DNA of 64,000 nucleotides, taken from assembly GCA_028534125.1 (NCBI GenBank), contig CM052817.1, positions 36,210,001-36,274,000 of the forward strand, given 5' to 3'. Under the pieces are notes generated by a model. The model did no database searches. It saw only the letters and a list, made by a program, of their open reading frames with translations, and was not told the DNA's origin. Both the position numbers and the translations under genes were made by a program. The stretch's first letter is position 1. Every line of letters starts with the position of its first letter. This document shows, in pieces, positions 63,617 through 64,000 of this stretch. The stretch comes from Lama glama (taxonomy: Eukaryota).

Positions 63617-64000
63617 GAAACTAAATGCTCCAGACTCCTTGGTAAGATTTTTTTAGCAGCTGTACTTGAACAAATGCTAACGTATTTTATTAAAGTGAAT
63701 CTATAATAGTATTTTTGACATGAAAATACATTTTCATTCTCTATGGATAGCAAATAAATAGGTTGATAATTTTAAAACATTATATTGCTCTTTCTTATAT
63801 ATATTTAAATGGCTTGTTTTAAAGGAACACAGAATATTGCTATATATACTATATTTTTAAGGTTATAGATTTTGAACTATTTTTAAACACTATCACTACT
63901 CTCTCTAAAAGACACTATCAAAAATAATCAAGCAATAATCACCCACATCATACCCAGCAACAAAGTGCCACAGAACAAGCCAGAACACTCTGAGTCCCTT

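Overview
Mammalian genomic DNA, most likely camelid (Camelus/Vicugna/Lama), judged from the tRNA-headed SINEs and L1 3' tails; this assignment is from recall and was not searched. The window lies entirely inside the HERC3 E3 ubiquitin ligase gene on the minus strand. I resolved 18 internal coding exons (2167 nt, last RCC1-like repeats through most of the HECT domain), all with GT-AG boundaries and consistent phases. The 5' exons and the last exon lie outside the window. The 26-kb intron (1995-28140) hosts the intronless, antisense retrogene NAP1L5 (CDS 16562-17146, 194 aa) with its CpG-island promoter, the known imprinted HERC3/NAP1L5 arrangement. The rest is intronic repeats: an ERV1 provirus remnant with a nested solo LTR, other solo LTRs, L1/L2/MIR, DNA transposons, SINEs and an orphan 3'-UTR retrocopy. 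I see no wholly new system. The best new candidates are a stop-containing alternative HERC3 exon with a poly(A) signal just past the NAP1L5 3' end, a 105-nt poison-exon candidate with an RBFOX motif, and ZFP57 motifs written into an expanded poly-Ala codon repeat of NAP1L5. Repeat subfamily names and boundaries are approximate.
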